Source of the DNA: Escherichia coli
Lineage (GTDB): Bacteria > Pseudomonadota > Gammaproteobacteria > Enterobacterales > Enterobacteriaceae
Reading direction: 5' to 3' (one strand)
Length of the DNA: 64,000 nt
Assembly: GCF_003334405.1 (NCBI RefSeq)
Contig: NZ_QOWM01000011.1
Both the position numbers and the translations under genes were made by a program. Below, piece after piece: positions 23,686-34,495 of the stretch. The stretch's first letter is position 1; every line of letters starts with the position of its first letter. The notes below the pieces were generated by a model, which worked only from the letters and a program-made list of their open reading frames with translations, did not search any database and had not been told where the DNA came from.

Positions 23686-25224
23686 TTATTTACGTCGCTG
23701 ACGCAGACTCATCAACACAGCAGCAAAACCAAACAATGCCGTCAGCACCCACAGCGGCCAGTTGCCGGTACGTGCGTATGGTGTGAGTCCGGTGGTCGGC
23801 GTCACGTTAGTGGTTAACACCTCGCGGGTGAACTGCGGGATCATCGCCTGAATCTCACCCTGCGGGCCAATCACCGCCGTAATGCCGTTGTTGGTGCTGC
23901 GCAACAGTGGGCGCGCCAGCTCCAGCGCACGCATTCGCGCCATCTGGAAGTGTTGCCATGGACCAATAGATTTACCAAACCACGCATCGTTGGAGATAGT
24001 CAGCAGATAGTCGGTATCCGGGCGGAAGTTATCGCGCACTTGCTCGCCGAGAATGATCTCGTAGCAAATAGCCGCAGTAAGCTCAATACCATTTGCCGAC
24101 AGCGGCGGCTGGATATATGGCCCACGGCTGAACGACGACATCGGCAGATCAAAGAACGGTGCTAACGGACGCAGAATCGACTCCAGCGGGACAAACTCGC
24201 CAAACGGCACCAGATGGTTTTTGTTATAGCGATCGGCTGATTCGTAGCTGTACGGCGCACCTTTACCCAGCGTGATGATGGTGTTGTAGGTATCGTAGCG
24301 GTTCTGCTTATTGAGACGCGCGTCGACAATCCCGGTTACCAGCGAGCTACCTTTATCACGCAACTCACCGTCCAGTGCTTTGAGGAACGGTTGCTGATTA
24401 ATTTCCAGATCGGTTATCGCCGACTCCGGCCAGATAATCAACGATGATTTGCCCATCAGCGGTGCCGTTGCGTTGTAGTAAATCTTCAGCGTATTAAGAA
24501 GCTGGCCTTCGTCCCATTTCAGCGATTGCGGAATATCGCCCTGAACCATCGAAACCTGAATGGTTTTCTCCGGTTGTGGGGTAAACCACTGGATGTAACG
24601 CAGCGGGAAGGGAAGGGCAAACAGCACGACGGCCACCACCAGCGGACGCCAGTTGCGTTTGACCAACGCCAGTGCCAGCAGGCCACTAACCATCATCAGC
24701 AGGAAGTTAATGGCTTCCACGCCCATTATCGGTGCCAGCCCTTTTAACGGGCCATCAATCTGGCTATAGCCGAACTGTAACCACGGGAAGCCGGTCAGTA
24801 CCCAACCGCGCAGAAACTCGGTCACTTGCCAGAGGGCAGGGGCGGCAATCGCTACGCGCAGCCAGGTGGTTTTCGGCCACAGACGCGACAGCACGCCAGC
24901 AAACAGTCCGGTATACAGCGACAAATACGCCGCCAGCAGCACCACCAGGAAGATGTTAACCGGGCCAGGCATTCCGCCAAAGGTCGCGATGCTGACATAG
25001 ACCCAGTTAATACCGCTGCCAAAGAGGCCAAATCCCCAGCAAAAGCCAATAGCGGCAGACTGGAGTGGACGGCGGTTAAAGGTCAACGCCTGAAGCCCCA
25101 TCAGCGAAATAATCGCCGCAGGCCAGACGTCGTAAGGAGAGAAGGCCAGCGTTCCGCAGGCACCGAATAATAACGCCAGCAGCAGGCGAATGCGCTGGCG
25201 TTCAATTAATGAGGCAAAAGCCAT
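23686..25224 (-). CDS. lnt: Apolipoprotein N-acyltransferase
   Basis: ORF track 512 aa; membrane N-terminal half plus C-N hydrolase domain; length matches Lnt. Confidence 0.93.
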   Translation of the reverse strand: MAFASLIERQRIRLLLALLFGACGTLAFSPYDVWPAAIISLMGLQALTFNRRPLQSAAIGFCWGFGLFGSGINWVYVSIATFGGMPGPVNIFLVVLLAAYLSLYTGLFAGVLSRLWPKTTWLRVAIAAPALWQVTEFLRGWVLTGFPWLQFGYSQIDGPLKGLAPIMGVEAINFLLMMVSGLLALALVKRNWRPLVVAVVLFALPFPLRYIQWFTPQPEKTIQVSMVQGDIPQSLKWDEGQLLNTLKIYYNATAPLMGKSSLIIWPESAITDLEINQQPFLKALDGELRDKGSSLVTGIVDARLNKQNRYDTYNTIITLGKGAPYSYESADRYNKNHLVPFGEFVPLESILRPLAPFFDLPMSSFSRGPYIQPPLSANGIELTAAICYEIILGEQVRDNFRPDTDYLLTISNDAWFGKSIGPWQHFQMARMRALELARPLLRSTNNGITAVIGPQGEIQAMIPQFTREVLTTNVTPTTGLTPYARTGNWPLWVLTALFGFAAVLMSLRQRRK

Positions 25225-25248
25225 GTAGTTATCTATCCAGTTTCGGTT

Positions 25249-26127
25249 TTATTCATCCAGCTTCGGCTGGGGTGAGTCATCCGGGATTTTGACATGAACC
25301 TGAATAATACGCCGACTGTCGGCCATCGCCACTTTGAACTGGTAACCGTCGATGTCGATAGTTTCGCCACGCGCCGGAAGATGCCCAAATGCCTGCATCA
25401 CCAGACCACCGATAGTGTCGACTTCTTCATCGCTAAAGTGGGTGCCGAACGCTTCGTTGAAGTCTTCAATGGAAGCCAGTGCGCGTACGGTCCAGGTATG
25501 ACGACTCAGCTGACGGAAGTCGATATCATCTTCTTCGTCATACTCGTCTTCAATCTCACCAACAATCAGTTCCAGGATGTCTTCAATGGTCACCAGACCG
25601 GAAACCCCACCGAATTCGTCAATAACGATCGCCATGTGGTAACGCTGAGAGCGAAACTCTTTCAGCATCCGGTCTACGCGCTTACTTTCAGGAACGACAA
25701 CCGCCTGACGTAACACTTTGTCCATGCTGAAGGCTTCAGCATCGCTGCGCATAAACGGCAGCAAGTCTTTCGCCATCAGAATCCCTTCAATGTGATCTTT
25801 GTCTTCGCTAATCACCGGGAAACGTGAGTGGGCGGACTCGATGATGACATCAAGACATTCGTCCAGCGTCTGGTTGCGTTTCAGGGTAATCATCTGGGAG
25901 CGGGGGATCATGATGTCGCGAACGCGTTGGTCTGCGATGTCCATCACCCCTTCGAGCATATCGCGCGTATCTTCGTCGATAAGGTCGTTCTGCCCGGAAT
26001 CACGGATCAGCGCCAGCAGTTCGTCACGGTTTTTCGGTTCACCGTGGAAAAGTTGGCTGAGTAACAGGGAGAAAAATCCCTTCTTGTTGCTTATCGTGTC
26101 ACTACTGTGTGAATTGTCGTCGCTCAT
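25249..26127 (-). CDS. corC: Mg2+/Co2+ efflux-associated CBS-domain protein CorC (YbeX)
   Basis: ORF track 292 aa, recognised sequence. Confidence 0.92.
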   Translation of the reverse strand: MSDDNSHSSDTISNKKGFFSLLLSQLFHGEPKNRDELLALIRDSGQNDLIDEDTRDMLEGVMDIADQRVRDIMIPRSQMITLKRNQTLDECLDVIIESAHSRFPVISEDKDHIEGILMAKDLLPFMRSDAEAFSMDKVLRQAVVVPESKRVDRMLKEFRSQRYHMAIVIDEFGGVSGLVTIEDILELIVGEIEDEYDEEDDIDFRQLSRHTWTVRALASIEDFNEAFGTHFSDEEVDTIGGLVMQAFGHLPARGETIDIDGYQFKVAMADSRRIIQVHVKIPDDSPQPKLDE

Positions 26128-26216
26128 GGCGTCGTATGGGTTCTCATGTTAGTTAATCAAAACGCCGTCGTTAATCACCAACGGCGGGGACGTCTGCCAG
26201 TCAAATGCCTGGCAAA

Positions 26217-26684
26217 TTATTCTTTCTCGGCAATGTACGGATCCTCATAGCCCAGAGCAAGCATAATCTCTGTTTCGAGGGCTTCCATTTCTTCTGCTTC
26301 GTCATCTTCGATGTGATCGTAACCTAACAAATGCAGACTGCCGTGCACCACCATATGCGCCCAGTGCGCCTCCAGTGGTTTGCCTTGCTCCTGAGCTTCC
26401 TTCTCAACCACCTGACGGCAGATAACCAGATCGCCCAGTAGCGACATTTCCATGCCAGGCGGCACTTCAAACGGGAAGGAGAGCACGTTGGTCGGCTTAT
26501 CCTTACCGCGATAGGTCAGATTCAGACTGTGGCTTTCGGCGGTATCGACCACGCGAATCGTCACTTCCGATTCTTCCTGAAACTGCGGGATCACCGCATT
26601 CAGCCATGTCTGAAACTGGCTCTCTTCCGGTAACCCGGAATTATCTTCACATGCCAGTTGTAAATCGAGGATCACCTGACTCAT
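26217..26684 (-). CDS. ybeY: Endoribonuclease YbeY (rRNA maturation)
   Basis: ORF track 155 aa; [11 protein letters not shown] metal-binding motif. Confidence 0.94.
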
Positions 26685-27721
26685 TTTTGTTCCTGTTCTT
26701 CGCGCTTGCGTTCTGCTGCCAGCGCCGCTTTTCGTTTTTGTTCGGCTTCTTCCCAGGCTTCATAGGCGTTAACGATACGCGCCACCACAGGGTGACGAAC
26801 CACGTCTTCGCTGTGGAAGAAGTTAAAGCTGATCTCTTCGACATCGGCCAGCACTTCGATGGCGTGACGTAAGCCTGATTTAGTATTACGCGGCAGGTCG
26901 ATCTGTGTGACGTCGCCGGTGATAACCGCTTTTGAGTTAAAACCGATACGGGTCAGGAACATCTTCATCTGTTCGATGGTGGTGTTCTGGCTCTCATCGA
27001 GAATGATAAACGCGTCGTTCAGCGTACGACCACGCATATAGGCCAGCGGTGCGACTTCAATAACGTTGCGCTCAATCAGTTTCTCGACTTTCTCAAAGCC
27101 CAGCATTTCAAACAGCGCGTCGTACAGCGGGCGCAGATACGGGTCTACTTTCTGGCTTAAATCGCCAGGCAGGAAGCCCAGTTTCTCACCGGCTTCTACT
27201 GCCGGACGAGTCAGCAGAATACGGCGAATTTCCTGACGCTCCAGGGCATCAACTGCCGCAGCCACTGCCAGGTAGGTTTTACCCGTACCCGCCGGGCCAA
27301 CGCCGAAGGTAATGTCATGGTCGAGAATATTGGCGATGTACTGCGCTTGGTTTGGCGTGCGCGGCTTAATTACGCCGCGTTTGGTTTTGATATTGACCGC
27401 TTTGCCGTACTCCGGCACGCTCTCCGCGCTTTGCTCCAGTACCCGCGCTTCTTTAATCGCAAGGTGGATCTGTTCCGGTTCGATATCCTGAATCTGACCG
27501 CGCATCGGGGCAGTATCGACATACAGGCTACGCAGAATGTCTGCCGCAGCGGTGACGCAAATCGGACGGCCGGTCAGTTTAAAGTGGTTATCGCGGCGAT
27601 TGATCTCGATGCCGAGACGGCGTTCGAGCTGCTTGATGTTGTCATCAAACGGGCCGCACAGGCTCAACAGACGCGCATTGTCTGCTGGCTCCAGGGTGAT
27701 TTCGCGAGTGTCTATGTTCAA
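26681..27721 (-). CDS. ybeZ: PhoH-like ATPase YbeZ
   Basis: ORF track 26681..27760 (359 aa); Walker A GPAGTGKT; start placed at TTG (caa at 27719-27721) giving 346 aa from memory of the annotated protein; the upstream ATG at 27760 is the alternative. Confidence 0.85.
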
Positions 27722-27873
27722 ACCGTTCCTCTTATCTGTATGCCGCCGGAAGCTGAACATTCACCGGCCTATAAGGAAATTATTCACGCCACAGGAAAAA
27801 GGCGCAAGCATTGCAATAAAGATGGGGATAAAGAGAGAAAAAACAAGGCCCACCGGAACGGCAGGCCTGAGAA

Positions 27874-29298
27874 TTACGGCTGATAATAACCCACGCCAAG
27901 GTCGTTTTCTTTGCGGGTACGGGCAATCACTGATTCCGGTGTTTCTGCCACGCGCAGACCCATTTCATCTTCAGTACGCACCACTTTACCGCGCAGAGAG
28001 TTCGGGTAGACGTCGGTAATTTCTACATCGACGAATTTACCGATCATATCCGGCGTGCCTTCGAAGTTGACCACGCGGTTATTTTCCGTACGCCCGGAAA
28101 GCTCCATGATGCTCTTACGCGATGTACCTTCTACCAGAATACGCTGGGTGGTGCCGAGCATCCGGCGGCTCCACGCCATCGCTTGCTGATTAATGCGCTC
28201 TTGCAGAATATACAGACGCTGCTTCTTCTCTTCTTCCGGAACATCATCAACCATATCGGCGGCTGGTGTACCCGGACGTGCAGAGAAGATAAAGCTGTAG
28301 CTCATGTCGAAATTGACGTCGGCAATCAGCTTCATCGTTTTCTCGAAGTCTTCGGTGGTTTCGCCAGGGAAGCCAACGATGAAATCAGAACTGATCTGAA
28401 TATCTGGACGCGCCGCACGCAGTTTACGGATGATCGCTTTGTACTCCAGCGCCGTATGGGTACGGCCCATCAGGTTCAGAATGCGATCGGAACCGCTCTG
28501 TACCGGCAGATGCAGGAAGCTCACCAGCTCCGGCGTGTCGCGATACACTTCGATGATATCGTCGGTGAATTCGATCGGATGGCTGGTGGTAAAGCGAATA
28601 CGATCGATCCCGTCGATCGCAGCAACCAGACGCAGCAGATCGGCAAACGATCCGGTGGTGCCGTCGTAGTTTTCACCACGCCAGGCGTTCACGTTCTGAC
28701 CGAGCAGGTTGACTTCACGCACGCCCTGAGCCGCAAGCTGGGCAATCTCAAACAGAATATCGTCGGACGGACGGCTTACCTCTTCACCACGGGTGTAAGG
28801 CACCACGCAGTAGGTGCAATATTTATTGCAGCCTTCCATGATGGAGACAAACGCGGTCGGCCCTTCGGCGCGCGGTTCCGGTAGACGGTCAAACTTCTCG
28901 ATTTCCGGGAAGCTGATATCTACAACCGGGCTGCGGTCGCCACGCACGGAGTTGATCATCTCCGGCAGACGGTGCAGCGTTTGCGGCCCAAAAATAATAT
29001 CGACATAGTGGGCGCGCTGGCGAATGTGCTCGCCTTCTTGCGATGCCACGCAGCCACCGACGCCGATAATCAGGTCTGGATTCTTCTCTTTTAACAGTTT
29101 CCAGCGACCCAACTGATGGAAGACTTTTTCCTGAGCCTTCTCGCGGATTGAGCAGGTGTTCAGCAGCAGCACATCCGCTTCTTCCGCCACGTCGGTCAGT
29201 TGATAGCCGTGGGTGGCATCCAGCAGATCGGCCATCTTCGATGAATCGTACTCGTTCATCTGACAGCCCCAGGTTTTAATATGGAGTTTTTTGGTCAT
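27874..29298 (-). CDS. miaB: tRNA-2-methylthio-N6-dimethylallyladenosine synthase (radical SAM)
   Basis: ORF track 474 aa; radical SAM CxxxCxxC (CNKYCTYC). Confidence 0.94.
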
Positions 29299-29443
29299 CG
29301 ACTTGCTCTTGCGAAATAGTAGCCAGGAATGCAGGGCGCATAGTGTAATGCTTTGCTGCCGTTGTGACCAGTATGAGCGTTATCAGCCCTTAGGGGTAAA
29401 AATCCTGTAAACTTAAAGCATATTGCTAACAGGATGATTGACC

Positions 29444-30619
29444 ATGACAAATCAACCAACGGAAATTGCCATTGTCGGCGGAGGAATGGTCGGCGGCGCA
29501 CTGGCGCTGGGGCTGGCACAGCACGGATTTGCGGTAACGGTGATCGAGCACGCAGAACCAGCGCCGTTTGTCGCTGATAGCCAACCGGACGTGCGGATCT
29601 CGGCGATCAGCGCGGCTTCGGTATCATTGCTTAAAGGGTTAGGGGTCTGGGATGCAGTACAGGCTATGCGTTGCCATCCTTACCGCAGACTGGAAACGTG
29701 GGAGTGGGAAACGGCGCATGTGGTGTTTGACGCCGCTGAACTTAAGCTACCGCTGCTTGGCTATATGGTGGAAAACACTGTCCTGCAACAGGCGTTGTGG
29801 CAGGCGCTGGAAGCGCATCCGAAAGTAACGTTACGTGTGCCAGGCTCGCTGATTGCGCTGCATCGCCATGATGATCTTCAGGAGCTGGAGCTGAAAGGCG
29901 GTGAAGTGATTCGCGCGAAGCTGGTGATTGGTGCCGACGGCGCAAATTCGCAGGTGCGGCAGATGGCGGGAATTGGCGTTCATGCATGGCAGTATGCGCA
30001 GTCGTGCATGTTGATTAGCGTCCAGTGCGAGAACGATCCCGGCGACAGCACCTGGCAGCAATTTACTCCGGACGGACCGCGTGCGTTTCTGCCGTTGTTT
30101 GATAACTGGGCATCGCTGGTGTGGTATGACTCTCCGGCGCGTATTCGCCAGTTGCAGAATATGAATATGGCACAGCTCCAGGCGGAAATCGCGAAGCATT
30201 TCCCGTCGCGTCTGGGTTACGTTACACCGCTTGCCGCTGGTGCGTTTCCGCTGACGCGTCGCCATGCGTTGCAGTACGTGCAGCCAGGGCTTGCGCTGGT
30301 GGGCGATGCCGCGCATACCATCCATCCGCTGGCGGGGCAGGGAGTGAATCTTGGTTATCGTGATGTCGATGCCCTGATTGATGTTCTGGTCAACGCCCGC
30401 AGCTACGGCGAAGCGTGGGCCAGTTATCCTGTCCTCAAGCGTTACCAGATGCGGCGCATGGCGGATAACTTCATTATGCAAAGCGGTATGGATCTGTTTT
30501 ATGCCGGATTCAGCAATAATCTGCCACCACTGCGTTTTATGCGTAATCTCGGGTTAATGGCGGCGGAGCGTGCTGGCGTGTTGAAACGTCAGGCGCTGAA
30601 ATATGCGTTAGGGTTGTAG
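29444..30619 (+). CDS. ubiF: Ubiquinone biosynthesis flavin monooxygenase UbiF
   Basis: ORF track 29438..30619; FAD-binding GGGMVG motif; start placed at MTNQPTEIAIVGGG (391 aa). Confidence 0.92.
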   Translation: MTNQPTEIAIVGGGMVGGALALGLAQHGFAVTVIEHAEPAPFVADSQPDVRISAISAASVSLLKGLGVWDAVQAMRCHPYRRLETWEWETAHVVFDAAELKLPLLGYMVENTVLQQALWQALEAHPKVTLRVPGSLIALHRHDDLQELELKGGEVIRAKLVIGADGANSQVRQMAGIGVHAWQYAQSCMLISVQCENDPGDSTWQQFTPDGPRAFLPLFDNWASLVWYDSPARIRQLQNMNMAQLQAEIAKHFPSRLGYVTPLAAGAFPLTRRHALQYVQPGLALVGDAAHTIHPLAGQGVNLGYRDVDALIDVLVNARSYGEAWASYPVLKRYQMRRMADNFIMQSGMDLFYAGFSNNLPPLRFMRNLGLMAAERAGVLKRQALKYALGL

Positions 30620-30629
30620 CCTTACAACA

Positions 30630-30720
30630 TTGCCGGATGCGTGCCAACCGTAGGTCGGATAAGACGCGGCAGCGTCGCATCCGACATTGAAGGATAAGAC
30701 GTGTCAACATCGCATTCGAC
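30630..30720. repeat. Cluster of REP elements (BIME) downstream of ubiF
   Basis: gccggatgcg..., taggtcggataagacgcg...cgtcgcatccgacat, ...cgcattcgacat palindromic units. Confidence 0.65.
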
Positions 30721-30741
30721 ATTGAATGAACGCAGAAAAGC

Positions 30742-30768
30742 AAAAAGCTCGCCGAAGCGAGCTTTTTT
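30742..30768 (-). terminator. Intrinsic terminator of the tRNA operon
   Basis: Hairpin agctcgc-cgaa-gcgagct (30746-30763) flanked by A and T runs, just downstream of the last tRNA on the minus strand. Confidence 0.6.
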
Positions 30769-30772
30769 AATG

Positions 30773-30847
30773 TGGCTGGGGTACGAGGATTCGAACCTCG
30801 GAATGCCGGAATCAGAATCCGGTGCCTTACCGCTTGGCGATACCCCA
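30773..30847 (-). tRNA. glnV: tRNA-Gln (anticodon CUG); glnV/glnX type
   Basis: 75 nt; revcomp TGGGGTATCGCCAAGCGGTAAGGCACCGGATTCTGATTCCGG...CCCCAGCCA; anticodon loop TTCTGAT. Only one CUG copy present, so glnV versus glnX is ambiguous. Confidence 0.93.
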
Positions 30848-30894
30848 ACAAATTGGTTTTGAATTTGCCGAACATATTCGACACATTCAGAATT

Positions 30895-30971
30895 TGGTGG
30901 CTACGACGGGATTCGAACCTGTGACCCCATCATTATGAGTGATGTGCTCTAACCAACTGAGCTACGTAGCC
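30895..30971 (-). tRNA. metU: tRNA-Met elongator (anticodon CAU)
   Basis: 77 nt; revcomp GGCTACGTAGCTCAGTTGGTTAGAGCACATCACTCATAATGATGGGGTCACAGGTTCGAATCCCGTCGTAGCCACCA. Confidence 0.93.
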
Positions 30972-30986
30972 AGATTGTTTCTTCGA

Positions 30987-31061
30987 TGGCTGGGGTACCT
31001 GGATTCGAACCAGGGAATGCCGGTATCAAAAACCGGTGCCTTACCGCTTGGCGATACCCCA
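30987..31061 (-). tRNA. glnU: tRNA-Gln (anticodon UUG); glnU/glnW type
   Basis: 75 nt; anticodon loop TTTTGAT in revcomp; only one UUG copy present, so glnU versus glnW is ambiguous. Confidence 0.93.
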
Positions 31062-31084
31062 TCCGTACAACGCTTTCTGGTGAA

Positions 31085-31169
31085 TGGTGCGGGAGGCGAG
31101 ACTTGAACTCGCACACCTTGCGGCGCCAGAACCTAAATCTGGTGCGTCTACCAATTTCGCCACTCCCGC
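31085..31169 (-). tRNA. leuW: tRNA-Leu (anticodon UAG)
   Basis: 85 nt with long variable arm; revcomp GCGGGAGTGGCGAAATTGGTAGACGCACCAGATTTAGGTTCTGG... Confidence 0.93.
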
Positions 31170-31178
31170 AAAAAAAGA

Positions 31179-31255
31179 TGGTGGCTACGACGGGATTCGA
31201 ACCTGTGACCCCATCATTATGAGTGATGTGCTCTAACCAACTGAGCTACGTAGCC
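31179..31255 (-). tRNA. metT: tRNA-Met elongator (anticodon CAU)
   Basis: 77 nt; identical in sequence to the tRNA at 30895..30971. Confidence 0.93.
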
Positions 31256-31634
31256 ATCTTTTTTTTCGCGATACCTTATCGGCGTTGCGGGGCGCATTAT
31301 GCGTATAGAGCCTTGCAGCGTCAACCTCTTTTTCAAGGAAAATTGCTCGAAAGTGACTGTTTGGTTAGGTTGCGAACAGCGTGGCGCTATATTCGTCAAT
31401 TATTGTTTACTTTGTGTTTTTTCCCACCCTACAGCCATTCTTTTGTCATACAGGATGAAATTCGGAATTTAACAATAGTGGTGGGAAATTAATCTATGAA
31501 ATACTGGCCTACAGTGATGAGTTGTCAAACAGTGATGTGGCAAACCCGGAACATTTCCTTACTGCATATCAGAATCAACAAGCACCTCAATAACTGAAAC
31601 AGCCCCGGATTTCACCGGGGCTGTTTCGCATTTC

Positions 31635-33299
31635 TTACTTATACGCCGACTGGTGAACACCAACCGCGCGACCAGACGGATCGTCCATTTTCTTGAACGC
31701 TTCATCCCATTCGATCGCTTTAGCGGAAGAACAAGCGACGGAAGGACCGCCCGGCACGCACTCAGCGGCGCTCGGAAGCGGGAATAGTTCTTCAAAGATC
31801 TCCCGATACAAGTACGCTTCTTTAGAGGTTGGCGTGTTGTACGGGAAGCGGAAGCGGGCAGTTTCCAGTTGCTGATCAGAAACCTGCTGCGCAGCCACTT
31901 CTTTCAGGGTGTCGATCCAACTGTAACCGACGCCATCGGAGAACTGCTCTTTCTGCCGCCAGGCCACGCTTGCAGGCAGATACGCTTCAAAACATTCACG
32001 CAGGATGTGTTTTTCCATTTTGCCGTTACCGCACATTTTATCCTGTGGGTTAATACGCATCGCCACATCAAGGAATTTTTTGTCGAGGAACGGAACGCGT
32101 GCTTCCACGCCCCAGGCTGACATCGCTTTGTTGGCACGCGCGCAGTCATACATATGCAGGGCCAGCAGTTTACGCACCGTCTCTTCATGCAGTTCTTTGG
32201 CATTCGGTGCTTTGTGGAAGTAAAGATAACCGCCGAACACTTCATCAGAACCTTCACCGGACAGCACCATTTTAATGCCCATCGCCTTGATCTTACGCGA
32301 CATTAAATACATCGGTGTTGAAGCGCGAATAGTGGTCACATCATAAGTTTCGATGTGGTAAATCACGTCGCGGATGGCATCCAGACCTTCCTGTACAGTG
32401 AAGTGAATTTCGTGATGCACCGTGCCCAGATGGTTTGCCACTTCCTGGGCTGCTTTCAGATCCGGTGAACCCGGCAGACCTACAGCAAAGGAGTGTAACT
32501 GCGGCCACCAGGCTTCAGAGCGTTCCTGATCTTCCACGCGACGGGCTGCGTATTTCTTGGTGATAGCGGAAATAATTGAGGAATCCAGACCACCAGAAAG
32601 CAGCACACCGTAAGGCACATCAGACATCAGATGGCTTTTAACTGAATCTTCCAGTGCCTGACGCAGCTCGTTTTTGTCGGTCACGTTATCTTTCACCGCA
32701 TCGTAGTCGAACCAGTCGCGATGATAGTAAGAACGGATTTCGCCGTCCTGGCTCCACAAATAGCTCCCCGCCGGGAACTCTTTAATCGTGCGGCAAACTG
32801 GCACCAGCGCTTTCATTTCTGAGGCCACATACAGCTGACCGTGTTCGTCATACCCCATATACAGTGGGATGATCCCCAGATGGTCGCGACCAATCAGGTA
32901 GGCATCTTTTTCGCTGTCGTACAGTGCAAAGGCAAACATGCCCTGCAAGTCGTCGAGAAATTCCGGCCCTTTTTCCTGATACAGCGCGAGGATCACTTCA
33001 CAGTCAGACCCGGTCTGGAACTGGTAACGATCGCCATATTCGGCGCGCAATGCCTGGTGGTTGTAGATTTCACCGTTTACCGCCAGTACGTGGGTTTTTT
33101 GTTGGTTGTAGAGAGGTTGCGCCCCCGCGTTAACGTCAACAATTGACAGACGTTCGTGGGCGAGAATGGCGTTATCGCTGGCATAAATACCGGACCAGTC
33201 CGGGCCACGATGACGCATCAGGCGTGACAGCTCGAGGGCTTTCTTACGCAGCTCAACTGCGTCTGTTTTGATATCGAATACGCCAAAAATTGAACACAT
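31635..33299 (-). CDS. asnB: Asparagine synthetase B (glutamine-hydrolysing)
   Basis: ORF track 31635..33380; start placed at internal Met (MCSIFGVFDIK, catalytic Cys2) giving 554 aa. Confidence 0.93.
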   Translation of the reverse strand: MCSIFGVFDIKTDAVELRKKALELSRLMRHRGPDWSGIYASDNAILAHERLSIVDVNAGAQPLYNQQKTHVLAVNGEIYNHQALRAEYGDRYQFQTGSDCEVILALYQEKGPEFLDDLQGMFAFALYDSEKDAYLIGRDHLGIIPLYMGYDEHGQLYVASEMKALVPVCRTIKEFPAGSYLWSQDGEIRSYYHRDWFDYDAVKDNVTDKNELRQALEDSVKSHLMSDVPYGVLLSGGLDSSIISAITKKYAARRVEDQERSEAWWPQLHSFAVGLPGSPDLKAAQEVANHLGTVHHEIHFTVQEGLDAIRDVIYHIETYDVTTIRASTPMYLMSRKIKAMGIKMVLSGEGSDEVFGGYLYFHKAPNAKELHEETVRKLLALHMYDCARANKAMSAWGVEARVPFLDKKFLDVAMRINPQDKMCGNGKMEKHILRECFEAYLPASVAWRQKEQFSDGVGYSWIDTLKEVAAQQVSDQQLETARFRFPYNTPTSKEAYLYREIFEELFPLPSAAECVPGGPSVACSSAKAIEWDEAFKKMDDPSGRAVGVHQSAYK

Positions 33300-33546
33300 A
33301 ACCTTCTCCGTTAACCTGGTATTTGTTGCTTGTTGTGTTTGCTTGTTTAAAAAAATGCCGCAAAGCAGCACTGTGCGCAAGCGATTTGGCGGTGAAAAAA
33401 TAAAAAACGTAATGGTGATTGTCGATTGGTGAAAAAAGGTCTGGTGTGAGGATATATTTATTGATGAATCGATAATTTTTAGCGGGTTTTATTGAATGTT
33501 TATATTTTACGGGGGCCAAATTGCTGACAAAGTGCGATTTGTTCAT

Positions 33547-33646
33547 GCCGGATGCGGCGTGAACGCCTTATCCGGCCTACAAAAGCATGAAAATTCAATA
33601 TATTGCAGGAGCTGCGTAGGCCTGATAAGCGTAGCGCATCAGGCAG
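33547..33646. repeat. Composite REP-spacer-REP element (BIME/RIP-like), copy 1
   Basis: gccggatgcggcgtgaacgccttatccggcctac ... aatatattgcagg ... gtaggcctgataagcgtagcgcatcaggca; inverted orientation relative to copies at 41896 and 49386. Confidence 0.7.
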
Positions 33647-33695
33647 TTTGGCGTTTGTCATCAGAGCCAACCACGTCCGCAGACGTGGTTGCTAT

Positions 33696-34448
33696 TCAGA
33701 TAACGTCGATTTCAGCGACTGACGGGTAAATCCAGCTGGGGCGGAAAGGCATACTGTCGATATCGTCGAGCGACGAAACACCAGAAAGCACCAGAATCGT
33801 CTCCAGACCTGCCTGGAAGCCGGCCAGAATATCGGTACGCAGGTTATCGCCGACAATCACCGTTTCTTCCGAATGCGCCTGCATTTTGTTTAATGCTGCG
33901 CGGATGATCCACGGGCTGGGCTTACCAACATAGAACGGTTTGCGCCCGGAGATTTTCTCAATCCCTGCACACAACGCGCCACAAGCGGGATAAAAACCGC
34001 GCCCGTGGGTGTCCGGATTGGTGGCGATAAAACGTGCACCGTTAGCGACGAAATAGGCTGCTTTATGCATCATGTCCCAGTTGTAGGAACGCGTTTCGCC
34101 AACAATCACGAAATCAGGGTTCACATCGGTAATAGTGAAACCGGCTTTGTACAGTTCATGAATCAGTGCGCCTTCGCCCACCACATACGCTTTCTTGCCT
34201 TCCTGGCGACGCAGGAAATCGGCAGTCGCCATCGCAGAGGTATAAAACACGCTGTCAGGTACATCGACACCTGCGGTGGCAAAGCGGTTCGCCAGATCTT
34301 GCCCAGTCTGCGAAGGATAGTTGGTCAGCAACACCAGCGGCAGGCCTTTATCCATAATCCCGTGCAAAAATTCCGCTGCACCCGGTACGGCGACGTTATC
34401 GTGCATCAGCACGCCGTCGATATCGCAAATTACATTTTTAATGGTCAT
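33696..34448 (-). CDS. umpH: UMP phosphatase (HAD superfamily)
   Basis: ORF track 250 aa; HAD motif DIDGVL; last gene of the nag operon. Confidence 0.92.
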   Translation of the reverse strand: MTIKNVICDIDGVLMHDNVAVPGAAEFLHGIMDKGLPLVLLTNYPSQTGQDLANRFATAGVDVPDSVFYTSAMATADFLRRQEGKKAYVVGEGALIHELYKAGFTITDVNPDFVIVGETRSYNWDMMHKAAYFVANGARFIATNPDTHGRGFYPACGALCAGIEKISGRKPFYVGKPSPWIIRAALNKMQAHSEETVIVGDNLRTDILAGFQAGLETILVLSGVSSLDDIDSMPFRPSWIYPSVAEIDVI

Positions 34449-34495
34449 GGACTACCCAGAATATTGACAACAATAAGCGCCACTATAAAAGCACA

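Noticed and set aside
30620-31400. Possible integrated mobile element at the tRNA cluster
   Set aside because: tRNA genes are common integration sites, but no integrase, transposase or direct repeat of a tRNA 3' end is present; flanking genes (ubiF, asnB) are core genes in conserved order.
31559-31795. 78-aa minus-strand ORF overlapping the 3' end of asnB
   Set aside because: Overlaps the asnB reading frame in a different frame; no independent support.
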